Under the pieces are notes generated by a model. It ran no database searches. It saw only the letters and a list, made by a program, of their open reading frames with translations, and was not told where the DNA came from. Positions 1 through 12,139 of a DNA stretch of 51,621 nucleotides are shown here, piece after piece. Source of the stretch: Octopus bimaculoides. Taxonomy: Eukaryota. The stretch covers positions 40,070,870 to 40,122,490 of the forward strand of contig NC_068996.1 in NCBI RefSeq assembly GCF_001194135.2, in the 5' to 3' direction. The first letter of the stretch is position 1; each line of letters starts with the position of its first letter. The translations under genes were made by a program, and so were the position numbers.

Positions 1-879
1 GTCTTTGGTCTATAATTCAGAATTATTAAATTGGTTCTATTGTTTCTCTGTTATCTTACTTTACTGGCACCCAGAAAGAACGAAAGATAAAGTTGGCTCC
101 AGCAAGATTTGAACTCGGACCGCCGTTAAAATAAAAGTTACGGATTGAATAAAATAACTGACAAATCTGCTTATCCTAGCGGATAATTTCTTTCTCAAAC
201 CAAATCCACCTTCTAAAAGAGAATACGACTTTGGATAATGTAGTCCGAGTTACATTATGCTTAGAAATGAAAAAAAAAAAAAAAAGACGGGACAGTCATA
301 GCTGGAGAGCTTTCATCATAAGTCTCCTCGTTGAGAGTTGACTCTGGACTAAATAGCAAAAGCAACAACGACAAAAAAAATAATTAATAAATTCTTTGTT
401 TACGTAATTTTTGTTTTCCTTCGTAGGTTTATTAAAAATTGGAGCAAAGCAATTAATTAAAACGTTGTAAACAACCTAAAGAAATCTTGAAACTTTAGTT
501 TCTCTCCTTACTTTAAATCTTTTTATTATTATTATTTACATTTATTTATTTATTTATCAAACACTGAAATAAAAACAAAAAAATTTCTAATGAAAAAAAA
601 AAGAAAATAAATAAATAAATACAAATAGTTCCAATTTACTTTCTCCGTACTTGTGCCAAAAGACTGAAAACTAAGTCTTCGTAGAACAACGAAGACAAGA
701 ATATTCTCTTAATACAAGATATTTTACCATTTCAACCAATAAGCATTAGATTTCTAAAATACAATAAATAAATATATAAAGTTTAAACCCAATTCAGAAA
801 TACTTATGTATCATAATTATAAATCATTATAGCCACACACACAACACACATAAACACATACATACATAAATGCGTATGT

Positions 880-1130
880 ATATGTTTGCGTGTGCGTTTG
901 GCGGCAGTGGCTACACAGCTTCTTAGCTACCAAAACATTATAAAGGAATACGAGTATGCGTGTGTGTAATCGCGAACACACGTACACATCTAGTAGGGCT
1001 CACACACACACACACACGCACATCTCTAGTTACGCGCACGCGCGAATGTTTACATCCACTTCGCGTGGACGTTGAGTGGGTTAGATTATTTGTGTTTCTG
1101 CGTGTGTGCACCGTTTATGTTAATATCTGG
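880..1130. promoter_or_regulatory. CpG-dense unique stretch, possible unmethylated promoter/TSS region
   Basis: Cluster of CpGs (gttacgcgcacgcgcg, cttcgcgtggacg, aatcgcgaac) in an otherwise CpG-poor window. No downstream CDS identified. Confidence 0.25.
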
Positions 1131-1166
1131 CACTCACATGTGCTTGCTAGAAGTATACACACACAG

Positions 1167-1270
<104 letters not shown>

Positions 1271-1411
1271 TGTATGTATGTGCGTGTGTGTCCAATCCTA
1301 GTAGCACAACAAAACAAGGGCAAGGAAGTCAGACACGCCTACACAACTATGCCAAGTTAAACTAATCTGTCCTGCATTTAGACCACTGCAAACAACAAAC
1401 ACCGCCGCCAT

Positions 1412-1443
<32 letters not shown>

Positions 1444-2538
1444 TCAACGAATACAGTCCTTGCCAATGATATCGCTGTCAAAGAAAAAGAAAGGGGGGAA
1501 AAGAAAGAAAGAAAGAAAGGAAAAACCAAAAAAAGAACTCTACCAATCGAGTACGGAAAATATATTATTGGTACATGTATTCGTAACTACTACACTTACA
1601 TTCGAAGTGAAATAATAATAATGATAATAAAAACAGTAATAATATAGACATTAAAACACATAAGTAAATAGGAGAAAACAAGAACGGTAACTAACTATAT
1701 TTGAAAAACTAGGTGGTTGCTCGGACTGCTAGAAATAGCAACCAAATATAATTACATCACACGTTTACTACTTTTTTCTGTTTTTAAAAGGAAGGGGAAA
1801 AAAGACGATTATTTATCTAAAGTTACAGTCAACAATGTAGAAGTATTAGACAGAAAGGAACAAAAAAATTGATAAGTCGAGATGGTCATGGATAGAATAC
1901 TGTTTTGATCAATAGTCTGCTCAGATTAGGGGACTGAACAACAATATTTGCCAACTACGTTCTTCAAATAAGGAGCTCCCCCTGACATCGACAGGGAGTT
2001 TTCTTTAAATAGCCTCGTTTTACTTCATCAACAAAACCTTATACCATAAACCTATTTGACAAGATCCTGTTCCAAATAACAGCCTTGTTTCTTTTCTTCG
2101 GGATTTTTTCCCATCTTCGTTTGGTTTCCCACCATCGCACCTTCCTAGCTACTTTTTTTTTATCCATTTATTTGGTAAATTGCTAGACAATTTGACCCAG
2201 ATTTACAGATTTCTCAGCAAGTTGTCTTTAAAATATAAATATTAAAGAGAATATATACATATTCACATATACGTACAAACATACACAAACATAGGCACGT
2301 ACATACATACATACATACATACACAATACACATATTAAACCACATATACACATACAAATATATTACGTGTGTGTGTGTGATGTATGCATGTTAAGTATGC
2401 CCTGGTTTATTGTCATGTGCTACATTACACATCATACATTCACATATGTATGTCTGTATGCACATACACGCGTATTTTGGACTACGGCCATACTGGGGCG
2501 CCATATATATATATATATATATATGTATATATGTTTGT

Positions 2539-2800
2539 GAAGGCGCATGGCTCTGGTTAGTGTTGGGCTGACAATCACGAGGTTCAATTCCCAGGCTGTA
2601 TGTTGTGTTCTTGAGCCATACACTTAATTTCATGTTGCTCCAGTTCACTCAGCTGTAGAAATGAGTTGCAACATCACTGGTGCCAAGCTGTATCAGGCTT
2701 TGTCTTTCCATTGGATGACATCGGTGGCATGGCGAGGGGAGGCTGGTATGTATGGGAGACTGCTGGTGCCTCGGAGGGGAACTTTCTAGGTGCAATCCCA
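2539..2800 (+). mobile_element. tRNA-derived SINE with CORE-like body (family S4)
   Basis: tRNA-like head (gaaggcgcatggctctggttag...ggttcaattccc) followed by CORE-like tgtgttcttgagc...cacttaatttcatgttgctccagttcactcagctgtagaaatgag. Confidence 0.75.
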
Positions 2801-2804
2801 TATA

Positions 2805-4040
2805 CGGGGTGTCCCAAAAGTCACTGATGGGTTTCAGTTTTTAATAATTTCCGTAACTTTACAAATAAATGCATGAAATATTGATACAATATAAAGGAGG
2901 CACAGGAGTGGCTGTGTGGTAAGTGGCTTGCTTACCAACCACATGGTTCTGGGTTCAGTCCCACTGCGTGGCACCTTGGGCAAGTGTCTTCTACTATAGC
3001 CTCGGGCCGACTAAAGCCTTGTGAGTGGATTTGGTAGACGGAAACTGAAAGAAACCCGTCGTATATATGTATATATATATGTGTGCGTGTGTTTGTGTGT
3101 CTGTGTTTGTCCCCCCCAACATCGCTTGACAACCGATGCTGGTGTGTTTACGTCCCCGTAACTTAGCGGTTCGGCAAAATAGATCGATAGAATAAGTACT
3201 AGGCTTCCAAAGAATAAGTCCTGGGGTCGATTTACTCGACTAAAGGCGGTGCTCCAGCATGGCCACAGTCAAATGACTGAAACAAGTAAAAGAGTAAAAG
3301 AGTAAAAGAGACATAATAGAAATTAATATACACAAGTCAAATTTTGCAACACTAGTATATCACATATGAAAAATGACATTGCTTAAATGGCAGCCATTAT
3401 TGGCTTCGCATGCCCATGCACTTACCAAAACCTGCAACCATAACACCGACTAGGGTTTCAGACCCCACTTCTATGATTTCTTTATAGATGTTCTCCTTCA
3501 GTTTCTAGTCAAGTCTAGGGAACGTGAAGGCCATTCAAAGTAGACCTCACACATGGTTCCAGCACGACAGGGCAACTGCTCATACCGCAAGAGAAACAAT
3601 GCAGATGCTACGGCAGTGCTTTGGAGAGAGAATAATCTCCCGCTATGGCAATGTCAACTGGCCTTCACATTCATCAGACTTGACAAGCCTGGATTTTTTC
3701 TTGTGGGGATACCTGAAAGGGAGGGTTTATGTCAACAAACTGGAGACCCTGGTGCAACTGAAAGAGAACATCAATTGAGAAATCAGAGAAGTGGGGTCTG
3801 AAACTCTTGAGAGCGTTATGATGCAATTTTCGGAAAGAGCATGGGGATGCAAAGCCAAAAATGGCTGCTATTTAAGTAATGTCATTTTTCATATGTGATT
3901 TACTAGTGTTGCAAAATTTGAGTTGTGCATATTAATTTCCATTATGTCCTTTATATTGTATCAAAATTTCAAGCATTTATTTGTAAAGTCAAGGAAGTTA
4001 TTAAAAACTGAAACTAATCAGTGACTTTTGGGACACCCTG
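2805..4040 (+). mobile_element. Non-autonomous Tc1/mariner derivative with ~290-bp inverted arms and an internal transposase fragment
   Basis: TA|CGGGGTGTCCCAAAAGTCACTGAT ... ATCAGTGACTTTTGGGACACCCTG|TA. Internal ORF 3524-3778 reads WFQHDRATAHTA...WPSHSSDLTSLDFFLWGYLKGRVY, a DDD/E catalytic C-terminus. Confidence 0.92.
2899..3310 (+). mobile_element. Full-length tRNA-derived SINE (family S1, bipartite with internal microsatellite) nested in the Tc1 left arm
   Basis: Head ggcacaggagtggctgtgtgg...gggttcagtccc, internal (TA)/(TG) tract, tail gactgaaacaagtaaaagagtaaaagag. It interrupts sequence that is contiguous in the right arm. Confidence 0.9.
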
Positions 4041-4054
4041 TATGTGTGTGTGTT

Positions 4055-4230
4055 AGGAGTAAGCATGCATATGATTTTGAAGCATACTTCTCAACTATTG
4101 GTTTCAAGTTTAGTACCATAGCAGTGCATCTTGAGCGAGTGTCTTCTACTATGGTCCTGAGCTGACCAAAGAACAAAGCCTTTTGAGTGTATTTTGTAGA
4201 TGGAAACTGTATAGAAGCCGTGTGTGTGAA
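4055..4230 (+). mobile_element. Diverged S1 SINE 5' half
   Basis: gagcgagtgtcttctactatgg...tagatggaaactg matches the S1 body. Confidence 0.7.
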
Positions 4231-4260
4231 CGTTCATATACATATATATGCATGAATATA

Positions 4261-4752
4261 CAGGGTGTTCATAAAGTTTCTCCGCAGTGAAATTTTTCAT
4301 CCTGTGCATGCGCAGCTTGGCTATTACTGCATGGGTGATCAGGTGTTAGCCATAGCCCCTCAGTTATTGTGTACCCTTCAGCAAGTGGACATAGTAACCA
4401 TTGAAGAACGTAAGTTTTTAGTTGAATGGTTGTTTCGAGCTAGAAACAAATACACAGATATTGTGAAACAGAAGTTCAGTGAAACATCATGACACTGTGC
4501 GGGATTTGATAAGGAAATTTAGAAACACAGGCTCAGTGGAGGACGCAGCAAGAGGTGGTAGGCCTACTGTTCTTTCAGATGAAACACTCTCCAATATTTC
4601 AGATAAAATATTGGCAAGCCTGTCAAAGACATTACGCAAATTGTCACAGGAAACGGAAATCAGCCAAGGAAGTGCTCACACGGCAGTAAAAAAGAAATTA
4701 AATTTTATGTATTGAAAATGAAGGATGACACCTTCAACACCTCTTATAAAGT
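4261..4752 (+). mobile_element. Tc1/mariner 5' end with frameshifted transposase HTH region (cut by gap)
   Basis: TA|CAGGGTGTTCATAAAGT terminus; ORFs 4265-4492 and 4479-4715 read TIEERKFLVE...TVRDLIRKFRNTGSVEDAARGGRPT...KTLRKLSQETEIS. Confidence 0.88.
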
Positions 4753-5173
4753 TNNNNNNNNNNNNNNNNNNNNNNNNNNNNNNNNNNNNNNNNNNNNNNN
4801 NNNNNNNNNNNNNNNNNNNNNNNNNNNNNNNNNNNNNNNNNNNNNNNNNNNNNNNNNNNNNNNNNNNNNNNNNNNNNNNNNNNNNNNNNNNNNNNNNNNN
4901 NNNNNNNNNNNNNNNNNNNNNNNNNNNNNNNNNNNNNNNNNNNNNNNNNNNNNNNNNNNNNNNNNNNNNNNNNNNNNNNNNNNNNNNNNNNNNNNNNNNN
5001 NNNNNNNNNNNNNNNNNNNNNNNNNNNNNNNNNNNNNNNNNNNNNNNNNNNNNNNNNNNNNNNNNNNNNNNNNNNNNNNNNNNNNNNNNNNNNNNNNNNN
5101 NNNNNNNNNNNNNNNNNNNNNNNNNNNNNNNNNNNNNNNNNNNNNNNNNGGGTGTGTGTGTGTGTGTGTGTGT

Positions 5174-6590
5174 AGGTTTTCCAAAGAATGTATATACACA
5201 ATGAATGAGTATGAAAATCAATGTTTATAAAAATACAATTCATTTTCAAGATTTAATTAAGTCTGCAAAGAAACATTTAATTATTCTATGAATACATGTT
5301 TCCAAATTAATGACTGTTCTGGTTCCAAGCTCTGCTGATAACACTAAGCGATAGAATTACAATTATCAAGGAATATTTCATTCAATATTTGTGTATATTC
5401 TCATTCGATATCTTCCTTCAATTCGTTGCCAGTTTTGTAGAGTAAACTTTATTTTACAAGTATTTCCATAAAAATGCCTTGTGGTAATGAGGTCCAGTGT
5501 TCACAGAGGCTATTCTACCGAACCTCCTCTTCCCAATCCATCTGTTTAGCAAAATCATCTAGGTAGACCTTTACATTTGCTTTGCAACCACCTGACTTCA
5601 GTGGAGGTGCATGGCTTAGTGGTTAGGGGTGTTGGACTCATGATCATAAGATTGTGGTTTCGATTCCTGGACTGGGTGACACATTATGTTCTTGAGTGAA
5701 ACACTTCATTTCACGTTGATCCAATCAACTCAAATGGCAAAAATTAGTAATCTGGCGTCTTGTCCAGGTGAGGATTTATATGCCATGGAAACCGGCCCTT
5801 ATGAGTCAGCATGACTTGAGAAGATAACTTTACCCTTTTAGTGGAGGGATGCAGCTTAGTGGTTAGGGTGTGGGACTTCTGATTGTAAGATTGTGGTTTC
5901 AATTTCTAGACCAGGTGACGCATTTTATTTTTGAGCAAAGCACTTCATTTCACATAGCTCCAGTTGGCATAACTTGAGAAGGTAATTTTTGCCTTCGTTA
6001 GAGCCCCCCCCCCCCACCATCTTGCTGGAAATAAAACTCTACATCTTCAAAGACCCCTTGAATGTCTGGCATGACAGATGTCACAGCACATTGAAGGGCA
6101 CGGGATCAGCCACAGAATTGTTAAAAATGAATGATTCAGTTAACCTTTTTGATAATAAGCCACAATCATACAGTAACTCCTGATAATTTAACATGATATA
6201 TAGATTCTCATGTCCCCAGTGAGAGCAACTGTGATCATTAATTGTACCATTTCATTTAAATGTAGCCTCATTATTCGAAATAATCTTTGTTGGATGTGTG
6301 CATCTTTTACACATCTTGCCAAGTACTACTCATGAAACACCTGTCTTTGACCCAAATCATCTTCACTGAGAGCACGGATCATTCTTTGAATGTAACTTTT
6401 CCAATGAATTCTTCAAAATGAAATAAACGTTTGATTTTGAAATTCCAGTCTCAAGACTTGCTTGCTGCATAGATTTTCTTGAACTCTGGCAACAAGTTTC
6501 TAGTACCCTTCCTTGCAATGTAGAATTTGTTGATGTCCACTAGCTTCTAGAATGTTCCTTGAGGACATGCTGAACAGTTAAATTTATCTA
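5174..6590 (-). mobile_element. Decayed Tc1/mariner transposon, split by two SINEs
   Basis: Minus-strand remnants with stops/frameshifts: SPRKSMQQASLETGISKS, IISNNEATFK*NGTINDH, VEFYFQQDG (6010-6560), then RWIG...FLWKYL*NKVYSTK (5460-5560). TIR-like gtaggttttccaaagaatgt at 5173. Confidence 0.82.
5603..5990 (+). mobile_element. Two head-to-tail S4 (CORE-like) SINEs
   Basis: Both start agtggagg...gcttagtggttaggg and contain cttgag...cacttcatttcac; second copy internally deleted. Confidence 0.8.
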
Positions 6591-6597
6591 CGCTCAG

Positions 6598-7072
6598 ATG
6601 AAGTACTGAAGGCTGAAGGACAAAGTACTGAATGATGATGGACAAAGTACTGAAGGATGATGGATGAAGTACTGAAGGATGACCTCAGGACACTGAACCT
6701 TTCAGACAAGCTGACAAAGGACTGAGATGCCTGGCACCTTGCTGTACGCAAGAAGATGAGTACATCACAGCAGAAATGTTATGGGCACCCTCCCTGGTGA
6801 AGAGGATTGGCCTGCAAGAGTTTGGTGCCAGTGTCAGTGTCACATAATAGCACTTATGCAGTGCCATGCAAAAGGCACTCATGCTGGTGCCACATAATGG
6901 CACTCGTGCTCGTGCAGTGTCATGTAAAAGCAGCCAGCACACACTGTAATGTGGTTGGTGTTAGGAAGGGCATCCAGTCATGGAAACCATGCTAAAGCAG
7001 ACTACCCAGCTTGCCAGCTCAAACAGTCCAACCCATACCAGCATGGCCAATGAGTGTTAAATGATGATGACA
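6598..7072 (+). mobile_element. 5'-truncated RTE LINE 3' end
   Basis: DEVLKDDLRTLNLSDKLTKD*DAWHLAVRKK, then 3' UTR (gttaggaagggcatccag...ccagcatgg...taaatgatgatga). Confidence 0.75.
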
Positions 7073-7099
7073 TGTGTGTGTGTGTGTGTGTGTGCGTGT

Positions 7100-7340
7100 G
7101 TTACTGTCTCCTTGCCTTGACATCATGTGATAGCAGTAAATAAGTGTTACCATCATGCAAGCGGTGTCCTGTGTTTTCAGTTTTCCACGAAAACATGTCT
7201 GGCCATGGGGAAATATTACCTTGCTTGGAAACAGGTAAGGGTTGGTGACAGGGAGGGGGTCCAGCCATAGAAAATAAACTTCGACAAATTTTGTCTGACC
7301 CATGCAAGCATGAAAAAGTGGACGTTAATACTACGATAAC
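7100..7340 (+). mobile_element. SINE 3' half of tail-B type (RTE-like 3' end)
   Basis: tctccttgccttgacatc...gacccatgcaagcatgaaaaagtggacgttaa; the same module occurs at 12630-12875 and 22585-22830. Confidence 0.7.
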
Positions 7341-7530
7341 GATGATAATGATGATGGTAGTAGTGGTGGTAGTAATGAAGACGACAATGATGAGGATGAT
7401 GATGTGTACTTATATATCCATACATCGGCACATGATAGCAAATTTATATTCTCACAAATCTGAGATGGAAGACAAAAATCATTTACGGCAAGAATTGAAC
7501 TCTGAACACGAGGAAATCGACCTTCAGTAC

Positions 7531-7540
7531 CATCATGATT

Positions 7541-7571
<31 letters not shown>

Positions 7572-7572
7572 C
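7531..7572. repeat. (CAT)n microsatellite
   Basis: Directly visible. Confidence 0.9.
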
Positions 7573-8125
7573 CGTCGTTTTGTCATACCCACACCCGTCA
7601 TTGTGACGATGACTGCTTCATAAATGATTTTTTTAAAAGGTATTTATAAAAGATAAATAGAATTTCTAATGTTCATGTCATTCTGGAGAGCAAAGAAAAT
7701 AAAAATGGAAGGGTTGCTAACTAATGAAAGTTGAAACCAAATATTGAATCAATTGACCGACATATTACTGTCAATAAAAATGGGATAAATGTATATAACC
7801 AAAACTAAGGTGCATAACTCATGTTTTTAAAAATAATACTTATCTATCTTTAAAGTGTTTCGCAGTATGTAACCAAAATTACGGAGAGTAACTCTTTCTT
7901 TTCCAAGTTAAAGTTATGTCCCTTGATGTAATTCAATATTTACAATCAGAGCGTTAAAAAACACTGCTTCTGTTGCCACCGCCACCACAACCATCGTTGA
8001 GTAAGGAAGGAACTAAAGTTTATGACTAAAATCTATTTTAAGCAATGAAATTCATTAAATGAGCCAATCGTGTAATAAATTGTAAGAGTAAGATGATTTG
8101 CTAGAATGAGGAGGTAAAACTTTAA

Positions 8126-8210
8126 CCCTTTAGCGTTCAAATTACTCTGTTAAATATAATACTATTTTATTCGAATTGTTTTGAATTAATCATGCATTAT
8201 GTTATAGCAT
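8126..8210 (+). mobile_element. piggyBac-like MITE fragment
   Basis: TTAA|CCCTTTAGCG terminus; truncated where the S3 SINE starts. Confidence 0.6.
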
Positions 8211-8508
8211 GGAGGCGCAATGGCCCAGTGGTTAGGGCAGCGGACTCGCGGTTTTGATTCCCAGACCGGGCGTTGTGAGTGTTTATTGAGCGAAAACACC
8301 TAAAGCTCCACGAGGCTCCGGCAGGGGATGGTGGCGAACCCTGCTGTACTTTTTCACCACAACTTTCTCTCACTCTTACTTCCTGTTTCTGTTGTGCCTG
8401 TAATTCAAAGGGTCAGCCTTGTCACACTGTGTCACGCTGAATATCCCCGAGAACTACGTTAAGGGTACACGTGTCTGTGGAGTGCTCAGCCACTTGCACG
8501 TTAATTTC
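8211..8508 (+). mobile_element. tRNA-derived SINE family S3 (runs into gap)
   Basis: ggaggcgcaatggcccagtggttaggg head; body also at 24108-24489 and 44576-44953. Confidence 0.9.
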
Positions 8509-9194
8509 NNNNNNNNNNNNNNNNNNNNNNNNNNNNNNNNNNNNNNNNNNNNNNNNNNNNNNNNNNNNNNNNNNNNNNNNNNNNNNNNNNNNNNNNNNNN
8601 NNNNNNNNNNNNNNNNNNNNNNNNNNNNNNNNNNNNNNNNNNNNNNNNNNNNNNNNNNNNNNNNNNNNNNNNNNNNNNNNNNNNNNNNNNNNNNNNNNNN
8701 NNNNNNNNNNNNNNNNNNNNNNNNNNNNNNNNNNNNNNNNNNNNNNNNNNNNNNNNNNNNNNNNNNNNNNNNNNNNNNNNNNNNNNNNNNNNNNNNNNNN
8801 NNNNNNNNNNNNNNNNNNNNNNNNNNNNNNNNNNNNNNNNNNNNNNNNNNNNNNNNNNNNNNNNNNNNNNNNNNNNNNNNNNNNNNNNNNNNNNNNNNNN
8901 NNNNNNNNNNNNNNNNNNNNNNNNNNNNNNNNNNNNNNNNNNNNNNNNNNNNNNNNNNNNNNNNNNNNNNNNNNNNNNNNNNNNNNNNNNNNNNNNNNNN
9001 NNNNNNNNNNNNNNNNNNNNNNNNNNNNNNNNNNNNNNNNNNNNNNNNNNNNNNNNNNNNNNNNNNNNNNNNNNNNNNNNNNNNNNNNNNNNNNNNNNNN
9101 NNNNNNNNNNNNNNNNNNNNNNNNNNNNNNNNNNNNNNNNNNNNNNNNNNNNNNNNNNNNNNNNNNNNNNTATATATATATATATATATATATA

Positions 9195-9575
9195 TTGATA
9201 TCTCTTTTATCCATTGACTTTTAGTTGTTTCAGTTGTTAGACTGTGGCCATACTGGGGCACTGCCTGGAACAATTTTTAGACGAATGAATTGGCCCCCAA
9301 TAATTATTTTCTTTTTAAGCCTGGTACATATTCTATCAGCCTCTTTTGCCAAAGCACTAAGTTATAGACATATAAATACACGAACACTGGTTGTAAAGGG
9401 GTGGTGGGACATACACACACACACATACAATGAGCTTCTTTGTTTCTGTTTGCCAAACCTACTAGCAAGGCTTCGATTGGCTTGAGGTTATAGCAGAAGA
9501 CATTTGCCCAAGGTGCTACACAGTGAGATTGAAATCAGAACTGTGGGAAGCAAATTTCTTACCACACAGCCATGT
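9195..9575 (-). mobile_element. S1 SINE
   Basis: Reverse complement of S1 tail, body and head. Confidence 0.8.
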
Positions 9576-9879
9576 ATATGTATGCATATGTATATNNNNN
9601 NNNNNNNNNNNNNNNNNNNNNNNNNNNNNNNNNNNNNNNNNNNNNNNNNNNNNNNNNNNNNNNNNNNNNNNNNNNNNNNNNNNNNNNNNNNNNNNTCTAA
9701 TACGGTTGTGGTCTTTCATTACTGGTCACATATGTTATCGTCGTACAACATCATATATATCATCTTTGATATATATTGTGAGTTCGACCGTGTGACGCGT
9801 TTAAATAAAAGGAGTCCTGTTTTTCCATTCGTCACCATTTCTCCTTTTATGAGTTCGCACGGTCGACCCTTACATATAT

Positions 9880-10452
9880 ATCAAAATAAGCAACAAGGAT
9901 ATCCAGAGGTAATGCAGTACAATTGTTTCATGCAACTCCCTTAATTATCAGCTAACATCTTGTTTTAAGTTTTCCTTTACCAAACCTCATGATATTGCTT
10001 CTAATAAATCTTGATTTTTATGACTATACCAGCTATTAGGTCTGTCTGCTCCCTCAGCCCTACCCCTAACAAATACAGCCCTCTGTTCTCTCAGCCTTAG
10101 ATATACAAGGGATTTGATAAACTAGTCTATAAATTAAAACTGACTCCATAAAAAAAAAAAAACAGTGACAGGCAGAGTCTATAACAATGTATATCTTCTT
10201 GAAAATTCAGTAACTTCTAAACTGGAGTGAGACAGCATGTTCTTTGTCTATCTCTTTAACTTCTTGGAGATTTTTAGTATAATTATACTAATGTATCCAT
10301 CTATTCTAATTTAATTAAATTATATGTCTTTGTGCAGCTGAGGATTGCTCTGCATTTTAAATTGATGTGATGATTGCATTGTTCAATTAAATGGAGTTGC
10401 ATGAAACGATCGTACTGCATTACCTGTGGATATCCTTGTTGCTTATTTTGAT
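9880..10452. mobile_element. MITE-like element with ~67-bp terminal inverted repeats
   Basis: 9880-9946 atcaaaataagcaacaaggatatccagaggtaatgcagtac... is the reverse complement of 10385-10452. No clear TSD. Confidence 0.7.
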
Positions 10453-10601
10453 TTTAATCACCTTATTTTGAAACTGTATGGATAATACCGTACTAAATTC
10501 TGGTGCCTCAACTTAAGTACCATATTCACCTGAATCTAAACTTTTGCTGAGCTCATCTACCATACCCAAAGCATATAATATATATATATATAAACATATA
10601 T

Positions 10602-10900
10602 ACAGGCATGGCCGTGTGGTATGAAGCTTGCTTCCCAACCACATGGTTCTAGGTTCAGTTCCGCTAAGTGGCATCTTGGGCAAATGTCTTCTACTATAGC
10701 CTCGGGCCGACTAAAGCCTTGTGAGTGGATTTGGTAGACAGAAACTGAAAGAAACCTCTGTGTGTGTGTGTGTTTATCTCTCCACCGTTGCTTGACAACC
10801 GATGTTGGTGTGTTTATGTACAGTTAAAATAAGTACCAGGCTTAGAAAGAATAAGTCCAGGGGGGTCGATTTGCTCAACTGAAACAAGTAAAAGAATAAA
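10602..10900 (+). mobile_element. S1 SINE
   Basis: Head, core gcaaatgtcttctactatagcctcgggccgac, and tail present. Confidence 0.85.
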
Positions 10901-11379
10901 AGAATATATATATATAAAATGTAGCTCTTGATAGACAAAAAGGCAGCATAGTGAAGTTTGAAACACTTTAATCAAACAAAACTGATCTGGAAGTAAACAA
11001 CAACATAAATATTTACCACCATCACAACCATCACGACCGCTGCCGCCACCACCACTACCTTCATATTGCAATGGAGGGTACATATCTAGTCAGAGCATAC
11101 AACACTTGGTTTTAAAATAGCATAGAGAAACAATTTAAGCCAGCTGGCAGTTATGCAGATCATTATCAAGTTCAGTGATCGCTTTCTCAGAAGCTGAAAA
11201 CTTTTTGACGTGCTCTGTGTATATGAGAGNNNNNNNNNNNNNNNNNNNNNNNNNNNNNNNNNNNNNNNNNNNNNNNNNNNNNNNNNNNNNNNNNNNNNNN
11301 NNNNNNNNNNNNNNNNNNNNNNNNNNNNNNNNNNNNNNNNNNNNNNNNNNNNNNNNNNNNNNNNNNNNNNNNNNNNNNN

Positions 11380-11525
11380 AGAGAGAGACAGACAAACAGA
11401 GAGAGACAGACAGACAAACAGAGAGAGACAGACAAACAGAGAGAGACAGACAAACAGAGAGAGACAGACAAACAGAGACAGACAGACAAACAGAGAGAGA
11501 CAGACAAACAGAGAGAGACAGAGAA
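11380..11525. repeat. 18-bp minisatellite (AGAGAGAGACAGACAAAC)n
   Basis: About 7 units next to a gap; source of the RQTERD/LSVCLS ORFs. Confidence 0.9.
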
Positions 11526-11619
11526 AATGAAAGGGAGAAAGTAACTGAAGAAGAGGGACTAAGTTTATATCTATACATGCATAATGTCTGCATGTGACAT
11601 ACATACGTACATGTTCTTT

Positions 11620-12046
11620 TACTCTTTTATTTGTGTCAGTCATTTGACTTTGGCCATGCTGGAGCACCACCCTGAAGTGTTTTTGTTGAAAGTTTGACCT
11701 CAGGACTTATTTTTTGTAAGCCTGGTACTTATTCTATCACTCTCTTTTGCCGGACCGCTAAGTTACAAGGACATAAACAAACAAACAGTAGCTATCAAGT
11801 AGTGATGGGGAGATAAATACAGACACAAAGATGCACACACACACACACACACACACACAGAGGCATATATATCACATACCCACACACACGACAGGCTTCT
11901 TCCAGTTTCTACCTACCAAATCCACTCGCAAGGCTTTGGTCGGCCTGAGGCTATAGTAGAAGACACTTGCCCAAGGTGCTACATAGTGGGACTGAACCCG
12001 GAACCATGTTGTTGGGAATCGAGCTTCTTACCACACAACCACGCCT

Positions 12047-12047
<1 letters not shown>
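11620..12047 (-). mobile_element. S1 SINE
   Basis: Full reverse-complement copy with internal (CA)n. Confidence 0.85.
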
Positions 12048-12083
<36 letters not shown>

Positions 12084-12139
12084 AGAAACACACACACATG
12101 CATGCATTAACATTTATACATGGATAAGGTGTTGAGCTG

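Noticed and set aside
3255-3290. Hammerhead in the S1 tail (agtc-aaat-gact-gaaac)
   Set aside because: A stem-loop plus GAAAC is present, but the upstream CUGANGA and a stem I partner are missing; more likely a LINE-recognition stem-loop.
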